Assembly: GCA_965206595.1 (NCBI GenBank)
Contig: OZ242214.1
Span: forward strand, 1,248,001-1,312,000
DNA from: Candidatus Latescibacterota bacterium
Lineage (GTDB): Bacteria; Latescibacterota; UBA2968; UBA8231
DNA length: 64,000 nucleotides
Direction of reading: 5' to 3'
Part shown: positions 46,969 to 56,839 of the stretch, in pieces
Layout: every line of letters begins with the position of its first letter
Position numbering within the stretch: position 1 is the first letter of the stretch
Position numbers and translations under genes: made by a program
Notes under the pieces: generated by a model
Database searches by the model: none
What the model saw: only the letters and a program-made list of their open reading frames with translations
What the model was told of the DNA's origin: nothing

Positions 46969-47979
46969 ATGGCGGAGGAAGAACGGATCATGAAGACTAC
47001 GGTTGTGGGCAGTTACCCGATCCCGGACTGGCTGGCGGCGATGCCGTCGAGGCAGGCGCTCGCGGACGCCATGGCCGTCGTTCTCAAGACTCAGGAGCTC
47101 GCCGGCATCGACGTAGTCGCCGACGGCGAGCTCTCCCGTTTCGACGTCAACCACCCGGAAACCAACGGCATGATCGATTACTTCGTGCGGCCGCTGGAGA
47201 ACGTGCGCGGCGAGATCACCCGGGCCGACGCCGCGGAATTTCGCAGGAATGAAGGAATGTCGTATCGCGCCCGGCCCAGCGCCGTCGTCGAGGGCCCGCT
47301 GGCCGAGGGCACCCTCGACCTGCCGGGGGATTTCCGGCTCGCCCGCGGCCTCACCGCCCGCCCCCTGAAGTTCACCCTGACCGGGCCCCACATGCTGGCC
47401 AAGACCCTTCTCGACCGGCATTACCGCTCGACCCCGGAGCTGTGTCTGGCCCTGGCCGAAGTCCTCGCCGGCCAGGTTGCGGAGATCGACGCCGACGTGG
47501 TCCAGGTGGACGAGGCCAACCTCCCGGGTCATCCGCAGGAGTGGAGGTGGGCGCTCGAAGGGATCAACCGCATCCTCGACGCGGTGCCGAAGACGCCGGC
47601 CGTGCACCTCTGCTTCGGCAACTACGGCGGCCAGTCGATCCAGAAGGGAACCTGGGAGCAGCTTGTCGACTACCTGAGCAGCCTGCACTGCGACCACGTG
47701 CTGCTCGAGCTCGCCCACCGCGGCAATTGCGAGCTCCCCCACCTCGGGCGGGTCGACCCGAAAATCCGCTTCGGCCTCGGGGTCGTCGACATCAAGTCGA
47801 CCGTCGTCGAGAGCGCCGACCTCATCGCCGCCCGCATCGAGGAGGCGGCTGCGGCGGTCGGCGAGGAGCGCATCGCCTTCGTCAACCCGGACTGCGGCCT
47901 GTGGATGCTCAAGCGGTCGGTGGCCGACCGCAAGATCGAAGCCCTCGTCGCCGGACGGGATGCGTTCGCGGGCAACTGA
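46969..47979 (+). CDS. Core (catalytic-domain-only) cobalamin-independent methionine synthase family protein
   Basis: TTVVGSYP, DGE..R, TGP, QVDE, HLCFGN (Zn), GVVD, NPDCG. ~330 aa, no N-terminal folate barrel. Confidence 0.85.
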   Translation: MAEEERIMKTTVVGSYPIPDWLAAMPSRQALADAMAVVLKTQELAGIDVVADGELSRFDVNHPETNGMIDYFVRPLENVRGEITRADAAEFRRNEGMSYRARPSAVVEGPLAEGTLDLPGDFRLARGLTARPLKFTLTGPHMLAKTLLDRHYRSTPELCLALAEVLAGQVAEIDADVVQVDEANLPGHPQEWRWALEGINRILDAVPKTPAVHLCFGNYGGQSIQKGTWEQLVDYLSSLHCDHVLLELAHRGNCELPHLGRVDPKIRFGLGVVDIKSTVVESADLIAARIEEAAAAVGEERIAFVNPDCGLWMLKRSVADRKIEALVAGRDAFAGN

Positions 47980-48032
47980 GCGGTCGCTCGGGGACTGCCA
48001 GTGTTCGGCGCGCGCAGGCACCAGCTTCGCAA

Positions 48033-48911
48033 GTGACCTCCGTTTCCGTCGTCGTTCCGGTGTTCAACCGCAGGGAGCTCGTGGCCCGGGCCCTGGAATC
48101 GGTATCGGCCCAGACCTTCACCGACTACGAGATCATCGTCGTCGACGACGCCTCGACGGATGCTACCTGGGAGTACCTCGGATCCGAATGGAAGGAAGCG
48201 CCGCTGCGGCGGCTGCGGCACCGGATCAACTCGGGGGTGTCCGCGGCGCGCAACACCGCTATCGAGGCGGCTCGCGGAGACTGGATCGCCTTGCTCGATT
48301 CCGACGACGAGTGGATGCCGGAGAAGCTCGAAGTACAGATGGCGGCCCTCGCGGAAAGCGGCTTGGCGGTCTGCCACACCGACGAGATCTGGATCCGCAA
48401 CGGCGTGCGCGTGAACCCGCACAAGCACCACGCCAAGCAGGGCGGCCGCATCTTCCAGCACGCCCTGCCGCGGTGCATCATCTCCCCCTCCTCCCTCCTG
48501 CTGCGGCGCTCGGTTTTCGACGCCATCGGCCTGTTCGACGAATCGCTGCCGGCCTGCGAGGACTACGAGCTGTTTCTCAGGCTGACCTGCCGCTTCGAGG
48601 TGGTCTACCTCGAGCAGAAGCTCACCGTCAAGTACGGAGGTCACGCAGACCAGCTGTCGCGGGCGCACCCGGCCATGGACCGGTTTCGCGTCCGCGCCCT
48701 CGACCGCCTGCTGGCGGACGCGACCGCGCCGTTGTCGGCCGAAGAGCGGGCAGCGGCGCGCGACACCCTGATCCGCAAGGCCGCTATCGTCCGCGACGGC
48801 GCCGTCAAGCGCGGCAATACCGGCCTGCAGGAAGCAATGGCGGAATACCTGTCGCGCTGGGGGCCGCTGCCGGCGAGGACTGCCTCCCAGGATCCTGAGA
48901 CCGTTCCATAA
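48033..48911 (+). CDS. Glycosyltransferase family 2
   Basis: SVVVPVFNR, VVDDASTD, GVSAARN, LDSDD, EDY. Confidence 0.9.
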   Translation: MTSVSVVVPVFNRRELVARALESVSAQTFTDYEIIVVDDASTDATWEYLGSEWKEAPLRRLRHRINSGVSAARNTAIEAARGDWIALLDSDDEWMPEKLEVQMAALAESGLAVCHTDEIWIRNGVRVNPHKHHAKQGGRIFQHALPRCIISPSSLLLRRSVFDAIGLFDESLPACEDYELFLRLTCRFEVVYLEQKLTVKYGGHADQLSRAHPAMDRFRVRALDRLLADATAPLSAEERAAARDTLIRKAAIVRDGAVKRGNTGLQEAMAEYLSRWGPLPARTASQDPETVP

Positions 48912-49074
48912 CGGGGTGGTTCCTGGGCGACGGATCGCCAACAGATCGTGGGGACCGGGCGGATCTGGCCAGGAGTTCTTGTTGCTGTATCGGTCCGGGG
49001 GGTGGGTCGGTTCCCGGCAGCACCGTCCTTCGCCGGGGATTCCCGGGCACGCAGCCACTGATTCTCCAAGGCCG

Positions 49075-50094
49075 CTAGTGCAGCTCGAACAGGTTCTCGA
49101 AGTAGCGCCCGCAGTCGCACAACGTCACCGGAACGTTACAGCGCCGCTCGATCTCCGCGATCAGCCCCCGGACCGGAGGGGTCAGTCCGGCCGCGCAGCA
49201 CGCGCCCTCGACGGCGCGGTCGAAGTGGTCGCAGAAGGTCAGCGCTACCGCGGTCGGGCCGTTGAGCATGACCGCCTCCTCGAGGTGCTCCCACGAGATG
49301 CCCGCGGCCTTGCGCCGGCGCCTGCCGCTGGTGACCCCGTGTTCGACGATCCCCCGCTCTTCCACCGCGGCCTCCGGCAGCTGCAGCGGCAGCGGGCCGG
49401 CTCCGACCCGGCTCGGCAGCGCCTTGATGACGAGCACGACCTCGCCGATGTGCCGCCAGCTGAGACCGGCGTCGTCGGCCAATGCTGCGGCGGTGCAGTT
49501 GTCGCTGGTGCAGAAGGGGTAGTCGGGAGTCAGGGCGAGCGACAGGTGGCTGCCCTGGCTGCCCTCGATCACCACCGTCTCCCCGGCGGCGCAGGCGGTG
49601 TTCAGCTCGCGCGCCACGTCCGCGGTCAGCGGCGCCAGCTCCTCGATGTCCCGGGCCTGCCGCGCCCTGCGCATGACGAACTCGGCCCTGGCGACGCCGC
49701 TGCCGCTGGCGACCGTGCCGATGCCGGTCAGGTGAGGGTCCGCGGCCTCGCGCTCGCGGTATTCCGGCAGGATGACGGGACAGCGGTAGTCGACGCGGAC
49801 GCGGCCGGAGAGCCGAAAGGCGGCATCGTGTCGGGCGATCTCGGACGTCAGCTTCTGCGGGTCGACGGCGACGCCGCTGCCGACCCGCAGCCCGGTGCCG
49901 GGGTCGAGGAATCCGCAGGGGAGCTGGTGGGTGCGGATTTCGCGGCCGTCCTCGAAATGGACGCTGTGGCCGGCGTTGGTTCCGGTGCCGGCGCGGACGC
50001 AGTACGCGGCCCGGTGCTTCCGGGACAGCCAGGCCGAGACCTTGCCCTTTCCCGAATCCCCCCAGAAGGCGTCGACGACGATGATTGCGCTCAT
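49075..50094 (-). CDS. purA: Short (archaeal-length) adenylosuccinate synthetase-like protein
   Basis: WGDSGKGK, NAGHS, EGSQG, YPFCTS, SRVGAGP, TSGRRRR; 339 aa. Confidence 0.75.
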   Translation of the reverse strand: MSAIIVVDAFWGDSGKGKVSAWLSRKHRAAYCVRAGTGTNAGHSVHFEDGREIRTHQLPCGFLDPGTGLRVGSGVAVDPQKLTSEIARHDAAFRLSGRVRVDYRCPVILPEYREREAADPHLTGIGTVASGSGVARAEFVMRRARQARDIEELAPLTADVARELNTACAAGETVVIEGSQGSHLSLALTPDYPFCTSDNCTAAALADDAGLSWRHIGEVVLVIKALPSRVGAGPLPLQLPEAAVEERGIVEHGVTSGRRRRKAAGISWEHLEEAVMLNGPTAVALTFCDHFDRAVEGACCAAGLTPPVRGLIAEIERRCNVPVTLCDCGRYFENLFELH

Positions 50095-50177
50095 TCCCCG
50101 TTCTCCTGAATCCAGTTCGCGTTGACTTCGCCGAGCGGCGCGCGCCGCTCGCAAACCAGGATACCGTTCGGGCGAGC

Positions 50178-50223
50178 ATAATCAAAATTTATATATTTCA
50201 TGAATACCATAATTATTGAATAT
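50178..50223. promoter_or_regulatory. Two LysR-type T-N11-A boxes
   Basis: ATAA-N7-TTAT (50178-50192) and ATA-N9-TAT (50209-50223) in an AT-rich divergent intergenic region. Confidence 0.6.
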
Positions 50224-50238
50224 CAAGGGAGCGATGAG

Positions 50239-51132
50239 ATGGAGCTGCATCAACTGCAGGGTTTTTTCGAGGTGGCGCGCGAGGGAAGCTTCACCCGCGC
50301 TGCCGACAAGCTCTACCTGACGCAGCCGGCGATCAGCCTGCAGCTCAAGGGGCTCGAGGAGGAGCTGGGGGAGACGCTGTTCGAGCGCCGCCGCCGCAAC
50401 GCCCGGCTGACCCCGGCGGGGGAGATCCTGTTCCGGCGGGCAAAGGCGGTGTTCGACGAGCTCGCCGCCGCCCGCGCCGAGATCGAGGGCCTGCGGCAGG
50501 TGTTGCGGGGGAGGCTGGTGATCGGCACGAGCGACACAAACTGCTCGTACGTGCTGCCGCCCGTGCTGCGGGGATTCCGCGACCGCTATCCCGAGGTCGA
50601 GATCGACATACGCAACAAGATGTCGTCCGAGGTGGGGCGCATGGTGCTCGGGGACGAGGTCGACCTCGGGTTGGCGACTCTGCCGGTGCGCCATCGCAGC
50701 CTCGTAAACGAGGTCCTGTTCGCGCGCCGCGACGTCCTTATCTGCCGGCCCGACCACGAGCTGGCGGGGAAGCGCTCGACGACGCTGAAAACAGTGGCGG
50801 CGCAGCCGCTGCTGGCGCTCGAGCAGGGGAGCACGACGCGGAAACTGATGGACGAGATGTTCCTGCGCGCCGGTCTCGACATCGAGGTGGCGATGAACCT
50901 CGGCAGCATCGAGGTGCTGAAAAGGTTCGTGGAGATCGGGCTCGGGCTAGCCTTGGTGCCGGAGGTGGCGGTCGCCGCGGAGACCGCGGCGGGAAGGCTG
51001 GCCGCGGTGCCTGTGGCCGGGTTGCCGGCCCGGGACATCGGCCTCGTAGAGCACAAGGGGCGCAGCCGTTCGGCGGCGGCGGCGGCCTTCGTCGAGATGC
51101 TGCAGGCGCAGCTTTCGGGAAAGAAGCTGTGA
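50239..51132 (+). CDS. LysR family transcriptional regulator
   Basis: SFTRAADKLYLTQPAISLQLKGLEEELG..LFER. Confidence 0.95.
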   Translation: MELHQLQGFFEVAREGSFTRAADKLYLTQPAISLQLKGLEEELGETLFERRRRNARLTPAGEILFRRAKAVFDELAAARAEIEGLRQVLRGRLVIGTSDTNCSYVLPPVLRGFRDRYPEVEIDIRNKMSSEVGRMVLGDEVDLGLATLPVRHRSLVNEVLFARRDVLICRPDHELAGKRSTTLKTVAAQPLLALEQGSTTRKLMDEMFLRAGLDIEVAMNLGSIEVLKRFVEIGLGLALVPEVAVAAETAAGRLAAVPVAGLPARDIGLVEHKGRSRSAAAAAFVEMLQAQLSGKKL

Positions 51133-51400
51133 TGATGGGGCGAACCCGTGAAGGGCATCCCTCGAGGGGCTGTCTGCATCGGTCCCGGCGGCTGCGCCTG
51201 CGTCCGGCCCGTTGCCCTCGGTCGGAGGGCTTCCCTCGCCAAACCGTCAGGGTTCCCGGGTTACGGCCTTGGCAATCCCGTCCAGGTGGCCGGGGAGGGA
51301 TGGCACCGAGGTAAAGGCGCGACACTCACGCTCGGGATCGAAGTGCCCGGCAGGGGCCCAGCCGTCACCTGCCGGGCAAAACGCCTATCTGGAATAACCG

Positions 51401-53110
51401 TCAGCCTGCTTTGGCGGCGGCCTGCGCGATCCTGTCGAGGGCGCCGGGAACGTCGGCGCCGAGGTGAAGACGCAGCACCCGGCGTCCGGCGTCGACGAGG
51501 GCCTGGCGGTCGCCGCGGGCCTGCGCAGCCTTCAGCACCCCGAAGGACATGGCCGATTCCGGGCTCCCGGCACGGTCCGGTATGGCCGCGTCCTCGGCGT
51601 CGTCGCAGGTGAGCTGCAGGAACAGCCCGTGACCGGCGTCCCCCTTGTGCAACTGCCCCGTCGAGTGCAGAAAGCGCGGCCCGTACCCGGCGGTGACCGC
51701 CATTCCGGTGCGCTCCCGTATCGCCAGCCGCAGGCGCTCGAGGGCGGCATCGGTCGCTGCGTCCGGGGGGAGCCAGGCCTGCAGGCAGACATAGCTGCGC
51801 CGCTGCGCCGCGGTCGAGGCCGCGGCGAACATGGCGGACAGCGCATCTTCCAGGCAGGAAGCCTCCGGGCCGGCCCCGTAGATCCCCAGGTCGCCGTCGA
51901 CGACGGCGGATTCCTCGGGCGGCAGGGTGCGGTCGCGGCGGTAGGCTTCCGTCATCTCCCCGGCCAGCTTCTTGGCCGCTTCGACGTCCGGCTGGTCGTA
52001 GGGGTTGATCCCGAGCAGGTGGCCGGCGACGATGGTGGCGATCTCCCAGATGACGAACTGCCCCGCGACGTCGAAGGCATCGTCGATGTTGAGGGGGATC
52101 ACCGGGTGCCCCGCGGCCGCAAGGGCTTCCAGCCTGGCGTCGAGGGCCGAATCGCCGGCAAGCCGCAAGCGGACGAACAGCCTGTCGCCGGCGTACTGCT
52201 CCGGCCCGGAGAGCGCTTCGCCGGCGACAGGGAGGATCCCTTTGCCCTCCTTGCCGGTGCTCTCGGCGAGCAGCTGTTCGATCCATGCCCCCAGCGGCGC
52301 AAGGGCGGGAGAGGCGACAAGGGTCAGCTTGTCGCGCCCGGCGAGGGCGCCGCTGGCGATGGCGGCTCCGAGAAAGAGACCGGGGTTGTCCTCTGTGGAA
52401 CGGCACTGCTCGACCGCTTCCCGCGCCCTCTCCAACAGGCGTTCGACGTCGATGCCGGCCAGACGCGCCGGCACCATCCCGAAGAACGAAAGCGCCGAAT
52501 AGCGGCCGCCGATGTCGGGGTCGTTGAGGAAGAGGTGGCGGAAGCCGAGGCCGCGGGCCAGCTCCTCGAGGCCGCTGCCGGGGTCGGTGATGGCGATGAA
52601 ATGATCCCCGGCTCTCCCCGGTCCGAGGGCATCGCCGAGAAGGTTGTAGAAGTACTTGAGGAAGGAGATGGTCTCGACCGTGCCCCCCGACTTGGTGGCG
52701 GCGATGAAGAGGGTCCGCGACGGGTCGAGCCGGCGAGCCTGCGCGAGCGCCGCGGCCGGGTCCGTGCTGTCGAGCACGGCGAGGTCGAGATGTCCGCGGG
52801 CGAAGCCGAAGATTCTGCGCATGACTTCAGGCGCCAGGCTCGATCCCCCCATTCCGAGGAGAAGGGCATGGGTGTAGCCGGCGGCGCGGACGGCCTCCAC
52901 CACCGGGTCGATTTCGCGAATCTTCTGCACCATGGCATCGGGGCTGTCCATCCAGCCCATGCGGTTGCCGACCTCGGCCGGATCGGGTGACCAGAGGGAG
53001 TGGTCCTTGTTCCACATGCGTTCGACGACGGAATTCTCGCGCATGCGGATCAGGGCGGTCCGCACAGGCTCGGAAAGGCTGGCGAGGTGAGAACTCGAAA
53101 TGCCGTTCAA
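51401..53110 (-). CDS. pgi: Glucose-6-phosphate isomerase (Tal-Pgi-type, stand-alone)
   Basis: GMGGSSL, TKSGGTVET, ITDPGS, IGGRYSALS, EQLLAESTGK, INPYDQPDVE, GPRFLHSTGQ. Confidence 0.85.
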   Translation of the reverse strand: MNGISSSHLASLSEPVRTALIRMRENSVVERMWNKDHSLWSPDPAEVGNRMGWMDSPDAMVQKIREIDPVVEAVRAAGYTHALLLGMGGSSLAPEVMRRIFGFARGHLDLAVLDSTDPAAALAQARRLDPSRTLFIAATKSGGTVETISFLKYFYNLLGDALGPGRAGDHFIAITDPGSGLEELARGLGFRHLFLNDPDIGGRYSALSFFGMVPARLAGIDVERLLERAREAVEQCRSTEDNPGLFLGAAIASGALAGRDKLTLVASPALAPLGAWIEQLLAESTGKEGKGILPVAGEALSGPEQYAGDRLFVRLRLAGDSALDARLEALAAAGHPVIPLNIDDAFDVAGQFVIWEIATIVAGHLLGINPYDQPDVEAAKKLAGEMTEAYRRDRTLPPEESAVVDGDLGIYGAGPEASCLEDALSAMFAAASTAAQRRSYVCLQAWLPPDAATDAALERLRLAIRERTGMAVTAGYGPRFLHSTGQLHKGDAGHGLFLQLTCDDAEDAAIPDRAGSPESAMSFGVLKAAQARGDRQALVDAGRRVLRLHLGADVPGALDRIAQAAAKAG

Positions 53111-53296
53111 CTAGTCAATCTCCGCAAGCAGGTGGTGGCGAATGCCTTGAAAAAAGTAGGCCGCGATCATGGCCGTCTCCATTTTCTCAACTGCGGAACA
53201 GGTCTCCTTTCCGCGTTGACAGAAACTCCGAGGGGATTAGTGGTGGATGGAGGAGGGCAGGCAGGTAATTCCGGTTTCAATTGACGGGACGATTTC

Positions 53297-53325
53297 TTGA
53301 CTGGAAAAGATGGGCGGAATAGATT
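53297..53325 (+). promoter_or_regulatory. Candidate sigma70 promoter
   Basis: TTGACT-N17-TAGATT, ~230 bp upstream of the RidA-like gene. Confidence 0.45.
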
Positions 53326-53553
53326 CGGATCTTTAAGCCATCACAGGGGTTTTTTCTATCGGCACGGTCCTCCCTTCCGCCGCCTGTGAACGAATCGGCA
53401 GCTGAACGCACCGGGCTTCGCTAAAAAAAACAGCCTTTCAAATTTTAAGAATCGGTTGAATGAAGAGACAGGCAGTAAGCGGTGTGGGGAAAGGGCTGTA
53501 TTTCTTCACCTGAAATCGAATCACTCAACTCAACAGAGGGAGAAACTGCAAAA

Positions 53554-54147
53554 ATGAGTATTCTGCACGAAGGCTGGAAACGCAGCTTCGATGTCTACGA
53601 CCGCATCAGGGAGCTGGGAATCGATCTGGGTTCCAAGGGCGAGTCGGTCTCCGACCCGAAAGGGCGGCGTATCGCCAGCGTGACCTTTACTCCGTCCGGC
53701 CTGGTTTTCACTTCGGGAACAGGGGGCGGACAGGGGGCCATGGCCGACGATGACGCCGACATCGAGCGTGGCTACGAAGCCGGCCGGGAGGCGGGAATCA
53801 GCCATCTGACGAGTCTGCACTGGGCGCTGGATCCCGAGGGCACGCTGAACGACGTCTGGTACTGCGTCAAATGCATCGGCATGGTCAACTCCCCTGGAGG
53901 GGGGATCTTTACCAAGTCGCCGGGTGTCGTCGACGGCTACTCCACCCTGTTTCACGACGTCTTCGGCGGGCCGCTGTCGAGCTCGGCCACGGACGGCCTG
54001 GACTCGTCGCTGTCGGGGTGGCATGCGCGCAGCGCCGTTGCCGGGTTCGACCTGCCTGGCGGGATTACCATAGAGCCGGAGATGATCTTTCAGATCGACC
54101 CCGAGCTGGCGACCCGCATCATCAGGGAACGCGGGCCGCACGTGTGA
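53554..54147 (+). CDS. Divergent RidA/YjgF family protein
   Basis: LVFTSG, VKC.GMVN, V.DG.S.L..DVFG, HARSAV, LP.GITIE.E. Confidence 0.7.
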   Translation: MSILHEGWKRSFDVYDRIRELGIDLGSKGESVSDPKGRRIASVTFTPSGLVFTSGTGGGQGAMADDDADIERGYEAGREAGISHLTSLHWALDPEGTLNDVWYCVKCIGMVNSPGGGIFTKSPGVVDGYSTLFHDVFGGPLSSSATDGLDSSLSGWHARSAVAGFDLPGGITIEPEMIFQIDPELATRIIRERGPHV

Positions 54148-54158
54148 GCAACAATAAG

Positions 54159-54395
54159 ATGAACCTCGAAGTTTTTGCCGAAGGCGAGGATTTCTACTCG
54201 CGGGGACCCGGCACCGCTCCACCGCTGCGCTGGATGCAGGATGAGGGGCACTGGGTCTGCACACCCCGGGATATCCCAGGAAGTGCAACCCAGGTCGAGG
54301 TTGCGAACCTGCCTGTCGAGCTGCAGGAGGAAATGCTGGCGTACGCGGCGCGGTCGGCTACCGCGGGGCTGCAGTACCGCAATCCGATGAATTGA
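54159..54395 (+). CDS. Small hypothetical protein
   Basis: 78-aa ORF directly after the RidA-like gene (alternative GTG start at 54144 overlaps its stop). Confidence 0.55.
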   Translation: MNLEVFAEGEDFYSRGPGTAPPLRWMQDEGHWVCTPRDIPGSATQVEVANLPVELQEEMLAYAARSATAGLQYRNPMN

Positions 54396-54459
54396 CCGCT
54401 GCTTCCGGGGTGGTTGTGACGGTATTTGAGGACCTCTGTACGCTAGCTGACGATAGACA

Positions 54460-54535
<76 letters not shown>

Positions 54536-54538
54536 GGT

Positions 54539-54577
54539 AAGGGTCCGGTCGCGACATGCGAGCGGACCCTTTTTCTT
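54539..54577 (+). terminator. Rho-independent terminator after tRNA
   Basis: AAGGGTCCG...CGGACCCTT stem followed by a T run. Confidence 0.8.
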
Positions 54578-54798
54578 GCAAGCCGATGAGGGCGGCGGCG
54601 GTATGAAGTTCCTCAGGGTCCTGCAGGAAACTTATGGGGAGCAACTCGATTTCCGAACCGTTCCATTAAAGTTTTCTTGGGGCCGAAGGCTTCCGGTGAG
54701 GTATAAAAAATAGTGAAGTATCCGTCCCCGCCTGACCGCTCCTTTCTCCCCGGAAGCAACGGCCACCGATCGGAGGCCATACTGTCGGCTGGAGGGTT

Positions 54799-55581
54799 TC
54801 ACTCCCCTGGTCGCAGCAGGCAGTCGTCGTGCAGCGATTCGATCGGCCTGAAGTCGCGGTGGGCGATCCACTCGGCTCGTTTGAACCTGCGGATGTGGTT
54901 GTCGACGCGGCACAGGCTGAGATAGACGATCACCCGTCCCCAGGGGCTTATGTTCGGGGGCGAGGCGTGCACGATGTTCGAGTGGAACATCAGGACGGCG
55001 CCCGCCTTCCCTTTGGGCGCCTCGATCCCCCCTTCGTCAGTCAGCCGGGCAACCGTTTCCTGGTCGAGAGTCCACAGCGGATACGAGGTCGTCAGGGTAT
55101 CGTGGCCCGCCTCGATCACTCCCTGTCTGTGGCTGCGGGGGATGATGTATAAAGGGCCGTTGAACTCGCTCACCTCGTCGAGGAAGACCGCAATGTTCAT
55201 CGCCCTCGGTTCCGGCATCCCGTCGTCCCGCGCCCAGGTTCCGTAGTCCTGGTGCCACTGCCAGACATCGCCGCTGAAGGCCGCCTTGCCGTTGATCTTG
55301 TACTGGTGCATGTACACTGGTCCGTCGAGGAGTTGCATAACCGGACCGATCAGGCGCGGATGGCGCTCCAGGCGGGCGAAGACCTCGTTGTAGGTATGGG
55401 CGGCGAACGCCGTGCGCACGGCCTCCCCATCCTTCTCGCGCCAGACCTCCTCCCGGTGCATGGAGAAGATTACAGGCAGCTCGGCTTTCAGGACCGCGAT
55501 CTCTTCGGGGGCAAACAGATTGGGGAGGAACACCCAGCCTTCGGTTGCGAATTGAAGCAGCTGGTCTTCGTTCAATTTCAT
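54799..55581 (-). CDS. Phytanoyl-CoA dioxygenase family Fe(II)/2OG hydroxylase (EctD-like)
   Basis: HQYKINGK, WQWHQDYGTWARDDGMP, NGPL, PRSH, HASPPN. Confidence 0.88.
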   Translation of the reverse strand: MKLNEDQLLQFATEGWVFLPNLFAPEEIAVLKAELPVIFSMHREEVWREKDGEAVRTAFAAHTYNEVFARLERHPRLIGPVMQLLDGPVYMHQYKINGKAAFSGDVWQWHQDYGTWARDDGMPEPRAMNIAVFLDEVSEFNGPLYIIPRSHRQGVIEAGHDTLTTSYPLWTLDQETVARLTDEGGIEAPKGKAGAVLMFHSNIVHASPPNISPWGRVIVYLSLCRVDNHIRRFKRAEWIAHRDFRPIESLHDDCLLRPGE

Positions 55582-55898
55582 CGGAGAGCAAAGCTCCTTT
55601 TTTCGAGCCCGATCTGATTCCGCGGCACCATCGGATGCAGAATGAAGCTCCCCGGCGCCGGGGCGGAAACCGGGGCCGGGGTGGTGTCGATAACAGGGGC
55701 GGAGAAGGGAGCCGGCGCAGGTTGCAAATCGGTTGATCCCCTGGCGCGCCTGGAATATGTTGGTGGCGTCTCCTCTTAAATCAATGGCCCCCCAAAACCC
55801 GTGGCAACGGAAGTTCGCCCCTGCCTGTCTCGCCGCCGTAACAGCCGCGGAGTGACGGCCGATCCAGGGCACGGGATTCAGCCTCCGGGCACTCGAAA

Positions 55899-56789
55899 AT
55901 GAACACGCGCGCGACCTACGATCTGCACCTTCACAGCTACTGGAGCCACGACGCCTCCGCGGCTCCTGAGAGCCACCTGCGCCGGGCGCGGGAGCTCGGG
56001 GTTCGCTGGATCGCCCTCACCGAGCATTACCACCTCGATTCGCTCGCGGAACTACTCGAAGCCGCGGCCGGCTACCCGGAAGTGACCCCGATCCCCGCGG
56101 CGGAGCTGACCGTCGAGACCTCGATCGGGGAGGTCGATCTTCTCTGCTACGGGTTCCCGCTTTCGCAACCACCGGAGCTGCGGGAGCTGCTGCACACCTA
56201 CAGGGAATGGCGGACCGAGATGGGCCGGTCCCTCGTCAGGGGCCTGCGCGAGCAGGGTTGCGACATCGACGAGAGCGGCCTCATGGACCTCGCCAGAACC
56301 TACCGTCGTTCGGATGTCGTCGACCGGCACGGACTCACGCAGGTAAAGGGGGAGGCGCTGCGTCGATACCTGCTGGAAACCGGCATGATCGGTAGCGATG
56401 ACGAGTTCGCCGGGTTCCGGGCCAGGGCAAAGCAGCTGGGAGGGGCGCCTTCGTATCCCCCAGTGGCCGAGGTGGTTCCCGCGGTCAGGGGATTGGGAGC
56501 GGTGGTGTCGATCGCCCACCCCCACGACAGCTTCGACCAGGGGGACCGCACCCGCATGGACGCCCTGCGGGAGGAGATCGGTTTCGACGGCATCGAGTGC
56601 GCCCATCCCATGGTCCCGCCGGAGTTCACCCCGTTCTACCGGGCCTACTGCGTCGACAACGGACTGGTGTCGACCGGCGGCTCCGATTCCCACACCGAGG
56701 CCGACATCGAAGCGGGTTTCGCCGGTCACGCGGGAGCAGACGAGTGGTTAGAGGAGCTGCTCGAGCGCCTGCCCGCCGCCCGGAAGTAA
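55899..56789 (+). CDS. PHP domain phosphoesterase
   Basis: DLHLHS..S.D, ALTEH, ELT, IAHP, GIE..HP, GGSDSH. Confidence 0.85.
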   Translation: MNTRATYDLHLHSYWSHDASAAPESHLRRARELGVRWIALTEHYHLDSLAELLEAAAGYPEVTPIPAAELTVETSIGEVDLLCYGFPLSQPPELRELLHTYREWRTEMGRSLVRGLREQGCDIDESGLMDLARTYRRSDVVDRHGLTQVKGEALRRYLLETGMIGSDDEFAGFRARAKQLGGAPSYPPVAEVVPAVRGLGAVVSIAHPHDSFDQGDRTRMDALREEIGFDGIECAHPMVPPEFTPFYRAYCVDNGLVSTGGSDSHTEADIEAGFAGHAGADEWLEELLERLPAARK

Positions 56790-56839
56790 CCGAGCCGTCC
56801 CGAGGCCTCGGGCCCGGGAGCGGCGTACTATCCCGCGGC

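Noticed and set aside
49075-50094. PurZ (Z-genome) call
   Set aside because: Catalytic Asp and the Arg-rich aspartate loop are PurA-like, and there is no phage context.
51133-51400. GC-rich intergenic region as ncRNA or repeat
   Set aside because: No terminal repeats, second copy or known RNA motif identified by eye.
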